A DNA stretch of 64,000 bases, from NCBI RefSeq assembly GCF_037042905.1, contig NC_087250.1, positions 16,928,001 to 16,992,000 of the forward strand. Direction: 5' to 3'. Origin of the DNA: Lytechinus pictus (lineage: Eukaryota). The position numbers were made by a program, and so were the translations under genes. Shown piece after piece: positions 13,770 to 25,726 of the stretch. The notes beneath the pieces were generated by a model. It saw nothing but the letters and a program-made list of their open reading frames with translations. It was not told the origin of the DNA and did not search any database. The stretch's first letter is position 1, and each line of letters begins with the position of its first letter.

Positions 13770-13976
13770 CCAGATTTGACGTTGGTGTACGAAAGCTCCC
13801 TATCCCAAATCGAGCATAGAAGGCATATGAGTCCCACTCTCTAATCAGCACCAATCAACTCATCTTGGTGAGGAGGGAAAATGAGTGGATTGGCGCCGAT
13901 TGGGGAGTGGGGGTCATAATATCCTCTATGTTAGATTTGGAATAGGGAGCTTCCATACGCCAAAGTCTTATCTGGA
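13770..13976. repeat. Imperfect ~200-bp palindrome (hairpin MITE) in the last P450 intron
   Basis: Arms of ~95 bp (CCAGATTTGACG...ACTCATCTT and AAAATGAGTGG...TTATCTGG) are clearly complementary with scattered mismatches. Confidence 0.7.
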
Positions 13977-14039
13977 CTAGGTCAGTGGTTGTGTTGTCTT
14001 CACGCGAGGACAAGTATAACGTTTATTCTGTTTGAACTA

Positions 14040-14365
14040 TCGTTATCTTTTTTGTATTGCTGCTTTTTTGGCCAAGATAGATTTAAGTGTTATACGTTAC
14101 AATTTTTTTTCTTTATGAGTGGTCCACCCTTTACAAGCTTTGATTTTTAGTGGGCCACTCCATTTTCCCAACATATCTTGCATATTATTATCAAATTGGA
14201 AATATTATCTTCTGTATCAAGTGTATATCTTTTATATTTGGTTTATTTGAATATTTATGTCATTTATATTGTCTGATGTTATGTTTTATATATTGTTATT
14301 ATTGCATTGTAAAATTTGTTGGAAAAATGAATAAATAAATGAATGAATGAATGAATGAATGAAAT
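14040..14365 (+). mobile_element. 5'-truncated LINE 3' end with (GAAT)n tail
   Basis: T-rich 3' UTR, short stem-loop, AATAAA, then (TGAA)n. Similar tails at ~6010-6410 and ~27060-27210. Confidence 0.5.
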
Positions 14366-15025
14366 GTTGAAAAAATGACCGTCAAATGACACACGAAAAA
14401 ATGATGAACCGGAAAAGCAGTTTCGTCCGAAGTTTCGGTGCTGACGAAGACAAAACTGCTCTTTTAATTCACCTATTTTCGATGATTCTTCTTGGATGCT
14501 ACTTGCCCCCCCCCCCTCCCTGGCGTAAATCCTAGCGCTGAACCTATTGTTCAAGAGGGATTATCTATTGTTATTGACATCACGGATTTATGCTAAATGC
14601 CCCCTTAAAAATACTGACTCTCTGTTTGACTAGGATTCAACTGTCACGTTTTCTGTTTCTCTCTGGCGAAAAGAATATTCTGTTTTCTGCACACCAAGAC
14701 TAGGGAGTGTTCGCACTGCAACGGAGAACGGATTCATGAACACAGTAAATGTATTGAAAATGCCCGTCAAATGACACAGGACAGCTGGGAGGTCTTTGTC
14801 GGAAATTGGTGAACCGGAACAGCAGTTACGTCCTAAGTTTTAGTACTGACAAAAACTGTAAATAAGTCGTTTGGCCAGATTCCATGATAAAACTGTTTTG
14901 ATTCACCTATTTTCGACAAAGAAATCTTGGTTGTTCTTTGTCATGAAGGGCATTTGACAAAACATTTTCTTGGATCTTGAATCCGCTGTGCGTCGTGTTG
15001 CGAAAACTCCGTATTAAATTCTTAC

Positions 15026-15368
15026 CGACACCAAAAGGCGTGTGGAGTTGAAACTTGTTGGCATCCAGTTGAAAGTGGTCCGAACCGGTTCCATTCAGAA
15101 AAAATCGCTCCGGTCGAAACACACGAGGATCACCCCAAACCTTCGGATCGTTCGACATCTGCCATAGGTTTGAAATGATTGTTGTTCCTGCTTCGATGTG
15201 GTAGTCGTCGACCGTTTCGTTAGCCGTGGCGAAGCGAGGGACACCAAGGGGAGAGTGGTGGTGGATGCGATCGACCTCGGTCAAGAATGCGACGGTTAGA
15301 GGAAGTCGGGTCCGGTTTTCGTAGGTGATATCCGTGTAATGACCGAATGAGTTGATCTCTTCAAAGAT
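15026..15368 (-). CDS. Cytochrome P450 exon 6 (K-helix ExxR, PERF, start of heme loop)
   Basis: IFEEIN...TEVDRIHHHSPLGVPR...FRPERFF...TPFGV-G; acceptor aattaAG; donor G|GTAAG; 343 nt. Confidence 0.92.
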
Positions 15369-15738
15369 CTTAATTTTAAAAACAACGACAAAACATACCA
15401 CTGAATTAAGATAACGAACCAGGATGTAATGTGATGCCTTTTTTCAGGGATGGGATTAAGAAAATCCAAAACGGGGAACGACAGCTGCTCCCCCAAAAAA
15501 GTTGACGGCCTTTTTGCGTGACGGAAAGTTCGAAAGAAGAAATTGCGTCTTCTAACCCCCCCCCCCCCTTGGCCTTCCTCCTTTCAATGTCGCATGATAA
15601 CGCCACAGATAGGACACAAAAGCGGAGCGAACTGACTAACACTATGTGTGGCCTATGAATAGCAAAATAAATCTAAATATATACATTTTGAATAACCATC
15701 AATAACACAGAGAAAGAATTAGCCTTTGATTCTATTCT

Positions 15739-15922
15739 GCTGGGTGTTGTGGCGTGCGCCTGTAATCCAAGCTGTGGGGAGGTTACAAATTGATGCAGAG
15801 GTTCGAGGTTCGAGCCCTGGTCACGTCTTTCGGATGGTGACGTTAAAGGTCGGTCCCAGACGTAAATAATCATATCTGATTGATACACGTCTGACAAAAC
15901 TCAAATACACACACACACACAC
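15739..15922 (+). mobile_element. SINE with 7SL(SRP)-RNA-derived head, B box, Meta-like core and (CA)n tail
   Basis: 5' GCTGGGTGTTGTGGCGTGCGCCTGTAATCCAAGCTGTGGGGAGG aligns with the 7SL Alu-domain 5' end; GGTTCGAGCCC at 15807-15817; core CTTTCGGATGGTGACGTTAAAGGTCGGTCCC. Confidence 0.75.
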
Positions 15923-16703
15923 TCATGTTCAAGATGAAAGTACTTCTTATAGGCTAATTGGTAACATAATCGGTGTGGAATGAACGTACTGAGTCGTGAC
16001 TTAGTGTGTTATCATACAAGTGGGCCTATGCTACAAAACGTAGCTCAAGAGGTTGCATGATGCTGGTCAGATGTCTGTAGTTGAATATTACCTGAGGTGG
16101 CGCTATTAAGGTTAGTTTGTTGCTGCTTTAAAACACCGATCATTGTAGCGCGTTGGGAGTTGTGGTATGTATCAATCATGCTTTTGTGAAACTTGAAAGA
16201 TCTATCCCGCTCAGTTCCTCGTTTCGGCACAGCGCTTGCCATGCATCATATATTTCCTATTTAAATATGAATGAATTTCCACCGTGAAACGAGCTGCGCA
16301 TGGCGGAAATCTCTTCGAGTTGTTTGGATTAGGCTAATCATTCTTTTATGCTTTTATGAGAAGCAAAGGATGCTGCCCACATTCAAGGCCCATGCTAGTC
16401 TTTGATTTGAAATACAGTTATAGAATATACCAGATTTTTAGGGCTCCCATATGAAAACAAAGATGCAAATGAGAACCCTTATGTCTTGTATTATTAGGAA
16501 TCTTCGGAAAAGGGGTTCCCAAAAAGATTCCCTACGTGCTAAAGAACCTCTCATTGTTAAATAAAGAACCTGACATTCTTCAAAAAGGGCTGTTTAATGT
16601 ATTTTGGAACCTTTTAGGTAACCTTTAAAGGTTCGAACTTCCAAATACGGGACAGTTATAGGACATTCTCAGAGGCTTTCTTCTAAAAGTAGATGCTATA
16701 TAC

Positions 16704-16970
16704 CTTGTGTTGATAGTCCTGGTAGGCTGCTAAATACAAACACATCCAGCGTACGATTTGAGGAATGCTACTGTGGCCAGAGAAGAAGAGGTCCACCGAC
16801 AATCTCCAGCCATCGTCGGGATCGCTCTGCGTTGTCATGCCATCGGCACGGAGACCGTTGATATACCGTTCGTACATGACTACAAGACTGTCCGGTTCTT
16901 CAGACGGTGACGATGGCGCGGACAGGGCCTCCGCTGCAAGAAGCTTGGTGTGATTCGCGAATCGATGGAG
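16704..16970 (-). CDS. Cytochrome P450 exon 5 (G-I helices)
   Basis: LHRFANHTK...VDLFFSGHSSIPQIVRWMCLYLAAYQDYQHK; acceptor cttccAG; donor AAG|GTATA; 267 nt; phase 0/0. Confidence 0.9.
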
Positions 16971-17393
16971 CTGGAAGATAAGGTCATAGTAATCAATGTT
17001 GTTCTGATGATGATGGTGATTATGATGACGATGATGATGGTACACTGTTAGAAAAATTGATCCTTAAAATAAAACAAGTTCCTGCAGCAGAGTCTCGAGA
17101 ACACCTGGGGCCTATTTCATAAAGAGTTGCTATCATAACAAGTTGCTATGATAGCAACTCTGGTAGAATAGCAACTTTTACTTGCTATGCTAGCAACTTT
17201 GCATTTCATAAAAGCACATTCGCTGAAAAGTCAGCTTGACTTTCCAGCTATTTATTTGAATAGTCATGTACGAGGCTGATTAGGGGGAAATCCCATTTCT
17301 CTCCAGTTTTTTGTTTTCAATTCAAGTCATAAGTTTAGGTAGAAAGCACTGGCGGATCCAGGGGGGGGGGGCACAGCCGGCCCGTGGCCCCCC

Positions 17394-20300
17394 TGTTACA
17401 CCCACAAATGTAATAATCGCCCACAAATGTAATAACGCCCACAAATGTAATAACACTTTACCCACAAATGTAATAACGCCCACAAATGTAATAACACTTT
17501 ACCCACAAATGTAATAATTTCACCCACAAATGTAATAATGCACTTTACCCACAAATGTAATAATTTTTGATCGCCCACAAATGTAATAATGACTTTACCC
17601 ACAAATGTAATAAATTTGAAGGGATTTTTGGCGAATCTGTTCTAAACTAAAATCCTATAGTAATGCGTTCATATAGCACAAAAGTGCAAAGTCTTTTTTC
17701 CAGACCTGGTTAATAAAACATTATAGTACAATTCCAAAGTCTATTTCCAGACCCGGTTGTTTCAAAATTATAATATACGTCCAAAGTCTTTTTTCCAGAC
17801 CCGGTTAATTTAACAATTATAATGCAAGTCCAAAGTCTTTTTTCCAGACCCGGTTGTTTAAAAAATTATGATATACGTCCAAAGTCTTTTTTCCAGACCC
17901 GGTTAATTCAAAAATTATAACGCAAGTTTAAAGTCTTTTTTTACAGAACCGGTTGTTTCAAAAATTATAATATACGTCCAAAGTTTTTTTTCCAGACCCG
18001 GTTAATTCAAAAATTATAATATATGTCCAAAGTCTTTTTTTCAGACCCGGTTGTTTCAAAAATTGTAATAAACGTCCAAAGTCTTTTTTCCAGACCCGCT
18101 TGTTTCAAAAATTATAATGCAAGTCCAAAGTCTTTTTTTCAGACTCGGTCGTTTCAAACATTAGAATATAAATCCAAAGTATTTTTTCTAGACCCGGTTG
18201 TTTAAAAAATTATGATATACGTCCAAAGTCTTTTGTCCAGACCCGGTTAATTCAAAAATTATAATGCAAGTCCAAAGTCTTTTTTCCAGACCCGGTTAAT
18301 TAAAAAATTATAATATACGTCCAAAGTATTTTTTCCAGACCCTGTTGTTTCAAAAATTATAATTTACGTCCAAAGTCTTTTTTCCAGACCCGGTTGTTTA
18401 AAAAATTGTAATGCAAGTCCAAAGTTTTTTTTTCAGACCCGGTCGTTTCAAACATTAGAATATAAATCCAAAGTCTTTTTTCCAGACCCGGTTGTTTCAA
18501 AAATTATAATATACCTCCAAAGTCTTTTTTCCAAAACCGGTTAATCAAAAATTATAATGCAAGTCCAAAGTCTTTTTTCCAGACCCGGTTGTTAAAAAAA
18601 ATTATAATATAAGTCCAAAGTCTTTTTTCCAGACCCGGTTAATAAAACATTATAGTACAATCCCAAAGTCTTTTTTCCAGACCCGGTTATTTCAAACATT
18701 AGAATATAAGTCCAAAGTCTTTTTTCCAGACCCGGTTGTTTCAAAAATTATACTATACGTCCAAAGTCTTTTTTCCAGACCTGGTAGTTTCAAAATTATT
18801 ATAAGTCCAAACTAAGATAATGATATTTTAGTTGAATAAAATGAGAATCGAGCTCAGTCTTTTCTCCAGACCCAGTCAATTGAAACTGGTGGAAATGTAA
18901 CAAAGACCCCAACTCTTTTGTAAATGTTAAATAACATGGAAATATAGCGTAGTCTTTCATCCAGACCCAGATCTTTCAAATAACAAATGAATAATAATAA
19001 TAATAAATTATTTATAATAAAAAAGCAAACAACGACCCACGATCCTATTTATGTTGAATAACATGGAAATATAGAGTAGTCTTTCCTCCAGACCCAGATC
19101 TTTCAAATAACAAATGAATAATAATAATAAATTCGTAATAATAAAAAAAGCAAACAAAGACCCACGATCCTATTTATGTTGAATAACATGAAAATATAGC
19201 GTAGTCTTTCCTCCAGACCCAGACCTTTCAAATAAAAAATGAATAATAATAATAATAAATTAGTAATAATAAAAAAAGCAAACAAAGACACACGATCCCC
19301 TTTATGTTGAAAACATGGAAATATAACGTAGTCTTTCCTCCAGACCCAGTTATAAAAGTCATTTAAAACACAACAACAACAAAACAAAGACCCTGCAATC
19401 TTATCATCATTGAATAACATGGAAATATGGTGTAGTCTTTCCTCCAGACCCAATCATTTCAAAATAATCAAAATCATTAAAAAAGAATAACAGAATCTAA
19501 GGCCCAACTATCCTTCAAACTAAGAACCTTCAATAAATAAAAGTTTAGAGAGTTTTCTTTATTCCAGACCTTGTCATTTAAAAAATAAGATAAATGAAAT
19601 CCTCATGACTAAGACTCAATCATATTCTTGTGCCTGTTCAACATGAATAAGATGATTGGGGGAGTATTTCATCAACATTTATGTCCGACAAGTTGTCAGA
19701 TCTGACAACTGTTCTTGATGTTGATTGGCTAAGAAGCAGTGCTACCAGTGTCGGATAAAACGTCAGACAACTCCTTTCATGAAATGCTCCCCGGGCTCTA
19801 AGTTTTGATGTTGTTTTTTTATTATAAATTTCTTTGCCTGGAAGAAAAAATGAATGTTTAATTGCATCATTTATTATAGGATGTTGGCTGGAAGAGGGTT
19901 AATTTTTTTTTTTCTGTTTTTTTTTTAACAAACTGGTCTGGTCAAATTAAGTATGCGTTATCACAAGGGTTTATAGTTTGGAAGATGCTGGGGTCTAAGT
20001 TTTAAGATTAATGTTTCGCTTAATTTGTATTTTAAAGAGAACTGGGTGAGGGGTAAACACAACACTCTAAGCCCAAGCATTTTAAGTTGGTTTAATTTTG
20101 AAGATTGGTCTTAGCTGTGAATTTTTTTCAATATTTGTTTATCTTTTAAATAACCGGGTCTAGACGAAAGACTAAGCATAATACTCGTGTTATTCCACAA
20201 GAATAAGAATATGACAAAGTCATATTCTTATTATATTTTATGATTGTTTAAATCATTTTTAAATTACTGGGTCTGGAATAAAGACAACGCTCTAAACATG

Positions 20301-22157
20301 TGCTTTTCTACATGCATGGTCTTAATTTGGAGGATTGTTGGTTCTAAGATTCGTTTTGGGGGTTGGGTTTTATTGATTTTTTATTCTTGAAATAATTGTG
20401 TCTGGAGGAAAGTCGATCTTCGACAATCGGTCTTCATGTTATATCACAATAATTAGATTATTGGGTATTCGTTTTAGAATATTTGTAAAAACTACTTTAT
20501 TTTTTTCAAATAATAACCAAGTCTGGAGAAAGGATGTTTGCTTTACCCATGCATTATTACAATGTTTTGTAGGGGTCGTAGTATTTTTTTTTTTAAATGG
20601 GTGTGGGGTAAAGACATATTTTTTTACTGGGTGAAACTTTGGAAAATTGGTTATAGATTTGAAGTTTTTTAATTCATTTTTTAATAGCCGGGTCTGGAGG
20701 AAAGACTTTGGACTCATATTGTAATTGTTTAATTATCCGGGTCTGGAAAAAAGACTTTGCACTTTGGTGCTATATGAACGCATTGCTATAGGGTTTATTT
20801 TTTAGTTTTAAGTAACCGGGTCTGGAGAAAAGACTACGCTTGATTCTCAATTTACTCTTAGTGCACATATTCAAAATATACGCCGTATAAGTTAAAACAA
20901 CAACAAAGACATTAATTCCGCCAGTTTTGATTAACTGGGTCTGGAGAAAAGACTAAGCTCGATTCTCTTTTTTTTTCCACTGGAATATCATTATCGTATC
21001 TTAGTTTTGACTTATATTATAATTTTTGAAATAACCGGGTCTGGAAAAAAGACTTTGGACTTATATTATAATTTGTGAAATAACCGGGTCTGGAAAAAGA
21101 CTTTGGACTTATATTATAATTTTTTAAACAACCGGGTCTGGAAAAAAGACTGGACTTATATTATAATTTTTTAAACAACCGGGTCTGGAAAAAGACTTTG
21201 GACTTATATTGTAGTTGTTTAATTATCCGGGTCTGGAAAAAAGACTTTGCACTTTTGTGCTGTATGAACGCATTGCTATAGGGTTTATTTTTTAGTTTTA
21301 AGTAACCGGGTCTGGAGAAAAGACTACGCTTGATTCTCAATTTACTCTTAGCGCATATATTCACAATATATATATATATATATATATATTATAATTTTTG
21401 AAATAATCGGGTCTGGAAAAAGACTCTGGACTTATATTAAAATTTTTTAAACAACCGGGTCTGGAAAAAAGACTTTGGACTTGCATTATAATTTTGGAAT
21501 TAACCGGTTCTGAAAAAAAGACTTTGGACTTGCATTATAATTTTTGAAACAACCGGGTCTGAAAAAAAGACTTTGGACTTGCATTATAATTTTTGAATCA
21601 ACCGGGTCTGGAAAAAAGACTTTGGACGTATATTATCATTTTTGAAACAACCGGGTCTGAAAAAAAGACTTTGGACTTGCATTATAATTTTTGAATCAAC
21701 CGGGTCTGAAAAAAAAGACTTTGAACTTGCATTATAAATTTGGAATTAACCGGGTCTGGAAAAAAAGACTTTGGACGTATATTATAATTTTGAAACAACC
21801 GGGTCTGGAAAAAGACTTTGGACTTGTACTATGATGTTTAATTAACGTCTGGAAAAAACACTTTGCACTTTTGTGCTATATGAACGCATTACTATAGGAT
21901 TTTAGTTTAGAACGGATTCGCCAAAAATCCCTTCAAATTTATTACATTTGTGGGTAAAGTCATTATTACATTTGTGGGCGATCAAAAATTATTACATTTG
22001 TGGGTAAAGTGCATTATTACATTTGTGGGTGAAATTATTACATTTGTGGGTAAAGTGTTATTACATTTGTGGGCGTTATTACATTTGTGGGTAAAGTGTT
22101 ATTACATTTGTGGGCGTTATTACATTTGTGGGCGTTATTACATTTGTGGGTGCAACA
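17394..22157. mobile_element. Foldback element with modular inverted arms
   Basis: Termini TGTTACACCCACAAATG... / ...CATTTGTGGGTGCAACA; outer domain of CCCACAAATGTAATAA units, inner domain of ~60-bp AGTCTTTTTTCCAGACCCGGTT units, mirrored on both sides; inserted in a C-run. Confidence 0.9.
19658..19793. mobile_element. Harbinger-type MITE inside the foldback loop
   Basis: GGGGAGTATTTCAT...ATGAAATGCTCCCC; reverse-oriented relative of 29296-29454. Confidence 0.7.
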
Positions 22158-22889
22158 CCCCCCCCCCCCCCCCCACCTTTGAGAAGCAAAATTAGAAGAA
22201 AAAAAATTGAAAGAGAATATGATTTTTTTTTTGTTGCTTAATAATTTTTTCGGGAGCGAAATTATTATTTAGCAGCTGCAAACAGGGTCTGCAGCATAAG
22301 ACTAGCAGTTGAAGCAGAGTGATGGCTACTATGCGTATGGCGATAGTTTGCAATTCTAGAAGAGAGTAAGAAGAAAATATAAATTTGTCACAGGATGGCA
22401 TAGCATTGTTTCTCCATTGTGTAAGTTTTCAGAGAATTGATTTAATTTAGCCCTATGCCAGGGAAAAAATTATTTTAAAAAGGGGGAAAATTTATTATTA
22501 TTGCCGGTCGAAATTTCACCTTCAACAAAGTTTTTACGGTACAATTTTCATCCCAGTCCCACACTTGATTATTTGTGTCGGTAATGCAAGGTTGTATCAA
22601 CAACAAGGCAGGCGCAGGCCACTGCTGGTGCAGTGCTATTAAAAATCTCCCTGAAGCAAGTAAATTTGTAGGCTCTAATGCATGAAACATCGAAAATGAC
22701 CTTAAAAGATTATTTTTGTTCAAAATGGAAATGATTTTTAAGTTATCGGTTTCAACGGTGAATAACCATTCACTATTCAGTAGGCCTAAAATGGATTCAA
22801 CAATGCCATGGCCACAACTTTTTTTTTTGAGAAAAAATCAGAAAGTCAGAAACAGAAAAAAAAAAAGCAATCATTTTTTTATCGCATAC

Positions 22890-23318
22890 ATTCGTAATTC
22901 CGTAGCTTCATTATTCCGAAGGTTCGTTAGTCAGAAAACGAAGTGAGGTTCGTAATTCCGAAGGTTCGTTAATCCGAAAACGAAATGAGGTTCGTAATTC
23001 CGAAGGTTCGTTAGTCCGAAAACGAAATGATTAACGAACGTTATTTCGTTTTCGGACTAACGAACCTTATTTCCTTTTTCGGATTAACGAACCATCGGAA
23101 CAACGAACCTTATTTCGTTCTTGGATTAACGAACCTTCGGAACATCAAACCTTATTTCGTTTTCGGATTGTCGAACCTTCGGAATAACACCACAAATGTT
23201 CGGATTAACGAACCCTTTTACGTTTTCAGATTAACGAACGTCGAGGTATAGGCAATTTACGTGTTTCGGAATTACGGACCGTCGGAATAAAGAACCTTCG
23301 GAATTACGAAGTGTAACC
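22890..23318. repeat. Small foldback-like element of TTCGGA(T/C)TAACGAACC units in opposing orientations
   Basis: Unit orientation switches near 23030; ends TTCGGAATTACGAAGTGTAACC. Confidence 0.7.
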
Positions 23319-24190
23319 TTTTTTATGGCCTAGGGCTTTTTTAATTTAGGCCTTAAATTAAACACTTCCACATAATAGATCTACCTTCCTCTATTTTTTC
23401 CCACAAGAAAAAAAATCCTCTCCATTTTTCTTTTTTTTTTAAAGTCTGTCTATAACCTCCCTTTTTTTCCCTTTGCCTGACCTGAGAAAGACTGAAAAAT
23501 TTGCTGTTTCGGAGGAATTTTTAAACATTTTTTTTTTAGGGGGATAGGTAGAACAAAAAAAAAAGAAACGGCATTTCTACTAGAAAGCATTACCTAAATA
23601 TATTCTTCATTAGCATTATTATCATAGACATTGCTCTAGATATCCGTTCTCTTGTAAGAGCCCTTTGGGCATGCCTGAGCACAACGTATGCCATTCTTCA
23701 CAATGAAAACCTTTTACAGTGTCAACTTGACGCTCCCCCATGACCAGCGTCAAATATGTAACCCTATTTGACGCTCCATTAACCATACTTGACGCTCCAG
23801 TAAAAAGTTGACGCTCCCACTGGAGCGTCAACTTTTTATGAAATGCGCTGCAGCGTCAAATATTAAATTTGACGCTGCAAGTGAAAATTTGACGCTGTTT
23901 TGGGACTTGACGCTGACGCTGTACCTTTATGAAATGGGCCCCTGTAATCTTACCAGATTGCGCAATCTTACATTATATCATGTAATATTACAGGAAATAA
24001 CTATTTGGTGTATGGAACCTTACAAATTTTCTTGAATAAAACACCCGTTTTCCCTTTTTAAACAGACCTGTTCTGTTGAATTACAGAAAAAATCCTGTTT
24101 TATGAATTTACAGAATGATTCTGTTATTGGTTTCTGCAAAATCTTCTTTTTTTCCCCTGTAAAATCAGGGTTTTTCACAGTGTAGCTACG

Positions 24191-24550
24191 ATGGTGGTGG
24201 TTATAGTTGTGGTGATGGTGGTGGTGGTGATGATGGTAGAGGTGATGGTGGCGACCATGGTTGTGGTGTTGGTGACAATGATGTTACTTATGATGATGGT
24301 TTTGATGGTGGCGATGATGGTGGTGGTAATAATGATGGTGGTGGTAATGATGATGGTGACGATTATGATATGGTGGTAGAGATGATGAAGGTAATGATGG
24401 TGGTGGTGATGATGAAGGTAATGATGGTGGTAGTGATGATGAAGGTAATGATGGTGGTAGTGATGATGAAGGTAATGATGGTGGTAGTGATGATGAAGGT
24501 AATGATGGTGGTGGTGATGATGATGATGATGATGGTGATTGTGGTAATGA
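24191..24550. repeat. (GAT/GGT)n simple repeat with 27-bp higher-order units
   Basis: Directly visible; source of spurious M/V- and P/S-rich ORFs. Confidence 0.95.
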
Positions 24551-24577
24551 TATGGAGCGGGTTTCAGTAACGCTTAC

Positions 24578-24942
24578 GTGGTTAAGATAAAGAGGAAGCT
24601 GGGCGCGAAGCACAGGAGAAGTTGGCATCGTCGCATTCGGTTCGAAGGTTATCTTCTGAACACTAAACACGTCGTTCACGAACGCCTCGTCATCGTCGTC
24701 ATCATAGACAAGACCCCGGTCGAAGTAGATGCGGTGGTTGACGTCGACGAAGAAAACGCGAAGCAGCCATTCGGGATCGAACGGAGATCCTTGTCGCGCT
24801 ATCAATGACGTCATAAGGGAGTTCACTGATTGGTCAATACGCGGTTGTACGTAGGTCTGGACGTAAGTTGTTTGTAAGATGGTTTGCCCCGTGAATTGTC
24901 GGATCTCCAGCCACGGCTGTCCACTCGTTTGAAACGTTGAAC
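24578..24942 (-). CDS. Cytochrome P450 exon 4 (C-helix WxxxR to F helix)
   Basis: GSTFQTSGQPWLEIRQF...GSPFDP...LYLNH; acceptor aattacAG; donor CAC|GTAAGC; 365 nt. Confidence 0.9.
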
Positions 24943-25726
24943 CTGTAATTAAAAAAATAAGTAATATTAAAAAGTGTTTTAATGATTATGTTGATTAAGT
25001 AAACTGATGATTCGTTGACCGTTTCATAAAACTTGTTATAATAACAAATAAGCAATAGTAGTTAAAAGCTACTGAAATCCTTCAATCCGATTGGCCGATA
25101 GTAAATTTGTTATAGGAATTGGCAATTTGTTATTTTTTGAACCGGGACCCAGATATGTATTAAACCCAATTAAAGTAATAGCACGGATAGGCTATTCCAT
25201 TAAAAAAAAAAGATATTATATTCCTTAGTCGTGCGTAAAACTTCTTCCTGTCTTCCTGGCAGACTGATTTATTTTTCTTTTATAGTTCATTTTAATTTAA
25301 TAATGCTAAGAATCAAACATTGATGAAGTGCGGTACTTTCCCTGCAAACAAAACATTTCTGACTTGTACAGTGCGTTCCACAAAAAATGAAATCGAGGTC
25401 GAGCGATAATTTATCATAATCGCAAATAATCGAAAATAAAATAGACAAATGACCTATCATTGTAAAGCTTAGAATTTCCTCTTTCATTTGACATAACATA
25501 CAATAATTCTTATCACGCATGAGTGAGTAAAAAAATTTGAAGAAAGGATAGCAAAAAGTCATTTGGCGGGGGGTATTAAATTTCAAAAAAATGAAAATCA
25601 CATGCCTACAAAGTTCAATATCTGCTCTTTAATTTGATAGCTTTATCACAGGAAATGGTCAAGAAATAAAGTTATGTTCCTTCGAAACAATACTTGTATT
25701 TTTATAATTCCATGAAATATTCGTGT

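Larger units (their letters stand above)
17108..23941. mobile_element. Non-autonomous PIF/Harbinger-like element carrying further insertions
   Basis: TIRs GGGCCTATTTCATAAAG / CTTTATGAAATGGGCCC (16/17); 3-bp TSD CTG confirmed by the empty-site copy; subterminal TAGCAAC repeats on the left and TTGACGCT repeats on the right. Confidence 0.82.
17043..24182. mobile_element. CACTG-terminal MITE (TA flanks) split by nested insertions
   Basis: 17043-17107 plus 23942-24182 rejoin to match the uninterrupted copy at ~33086-33387 (...GAGAACACCTGTAATCTTACCAG...). Confidence 0.85.

Noticed and set aside
17394..18800. CRISPR-like repeat/spacer appearance
   Set aside because: The 'spacers' are themselves repetitive, the array is mirrored as an inverted arm, there are no cas genes, and the context is eukaryotic.
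24191..24570. M/V-rich and P/S/H-rich ORFs
   Set aside because: Translations of a (GAT/GGT)n simple repeat; the real exon stops at the donor at 24577.
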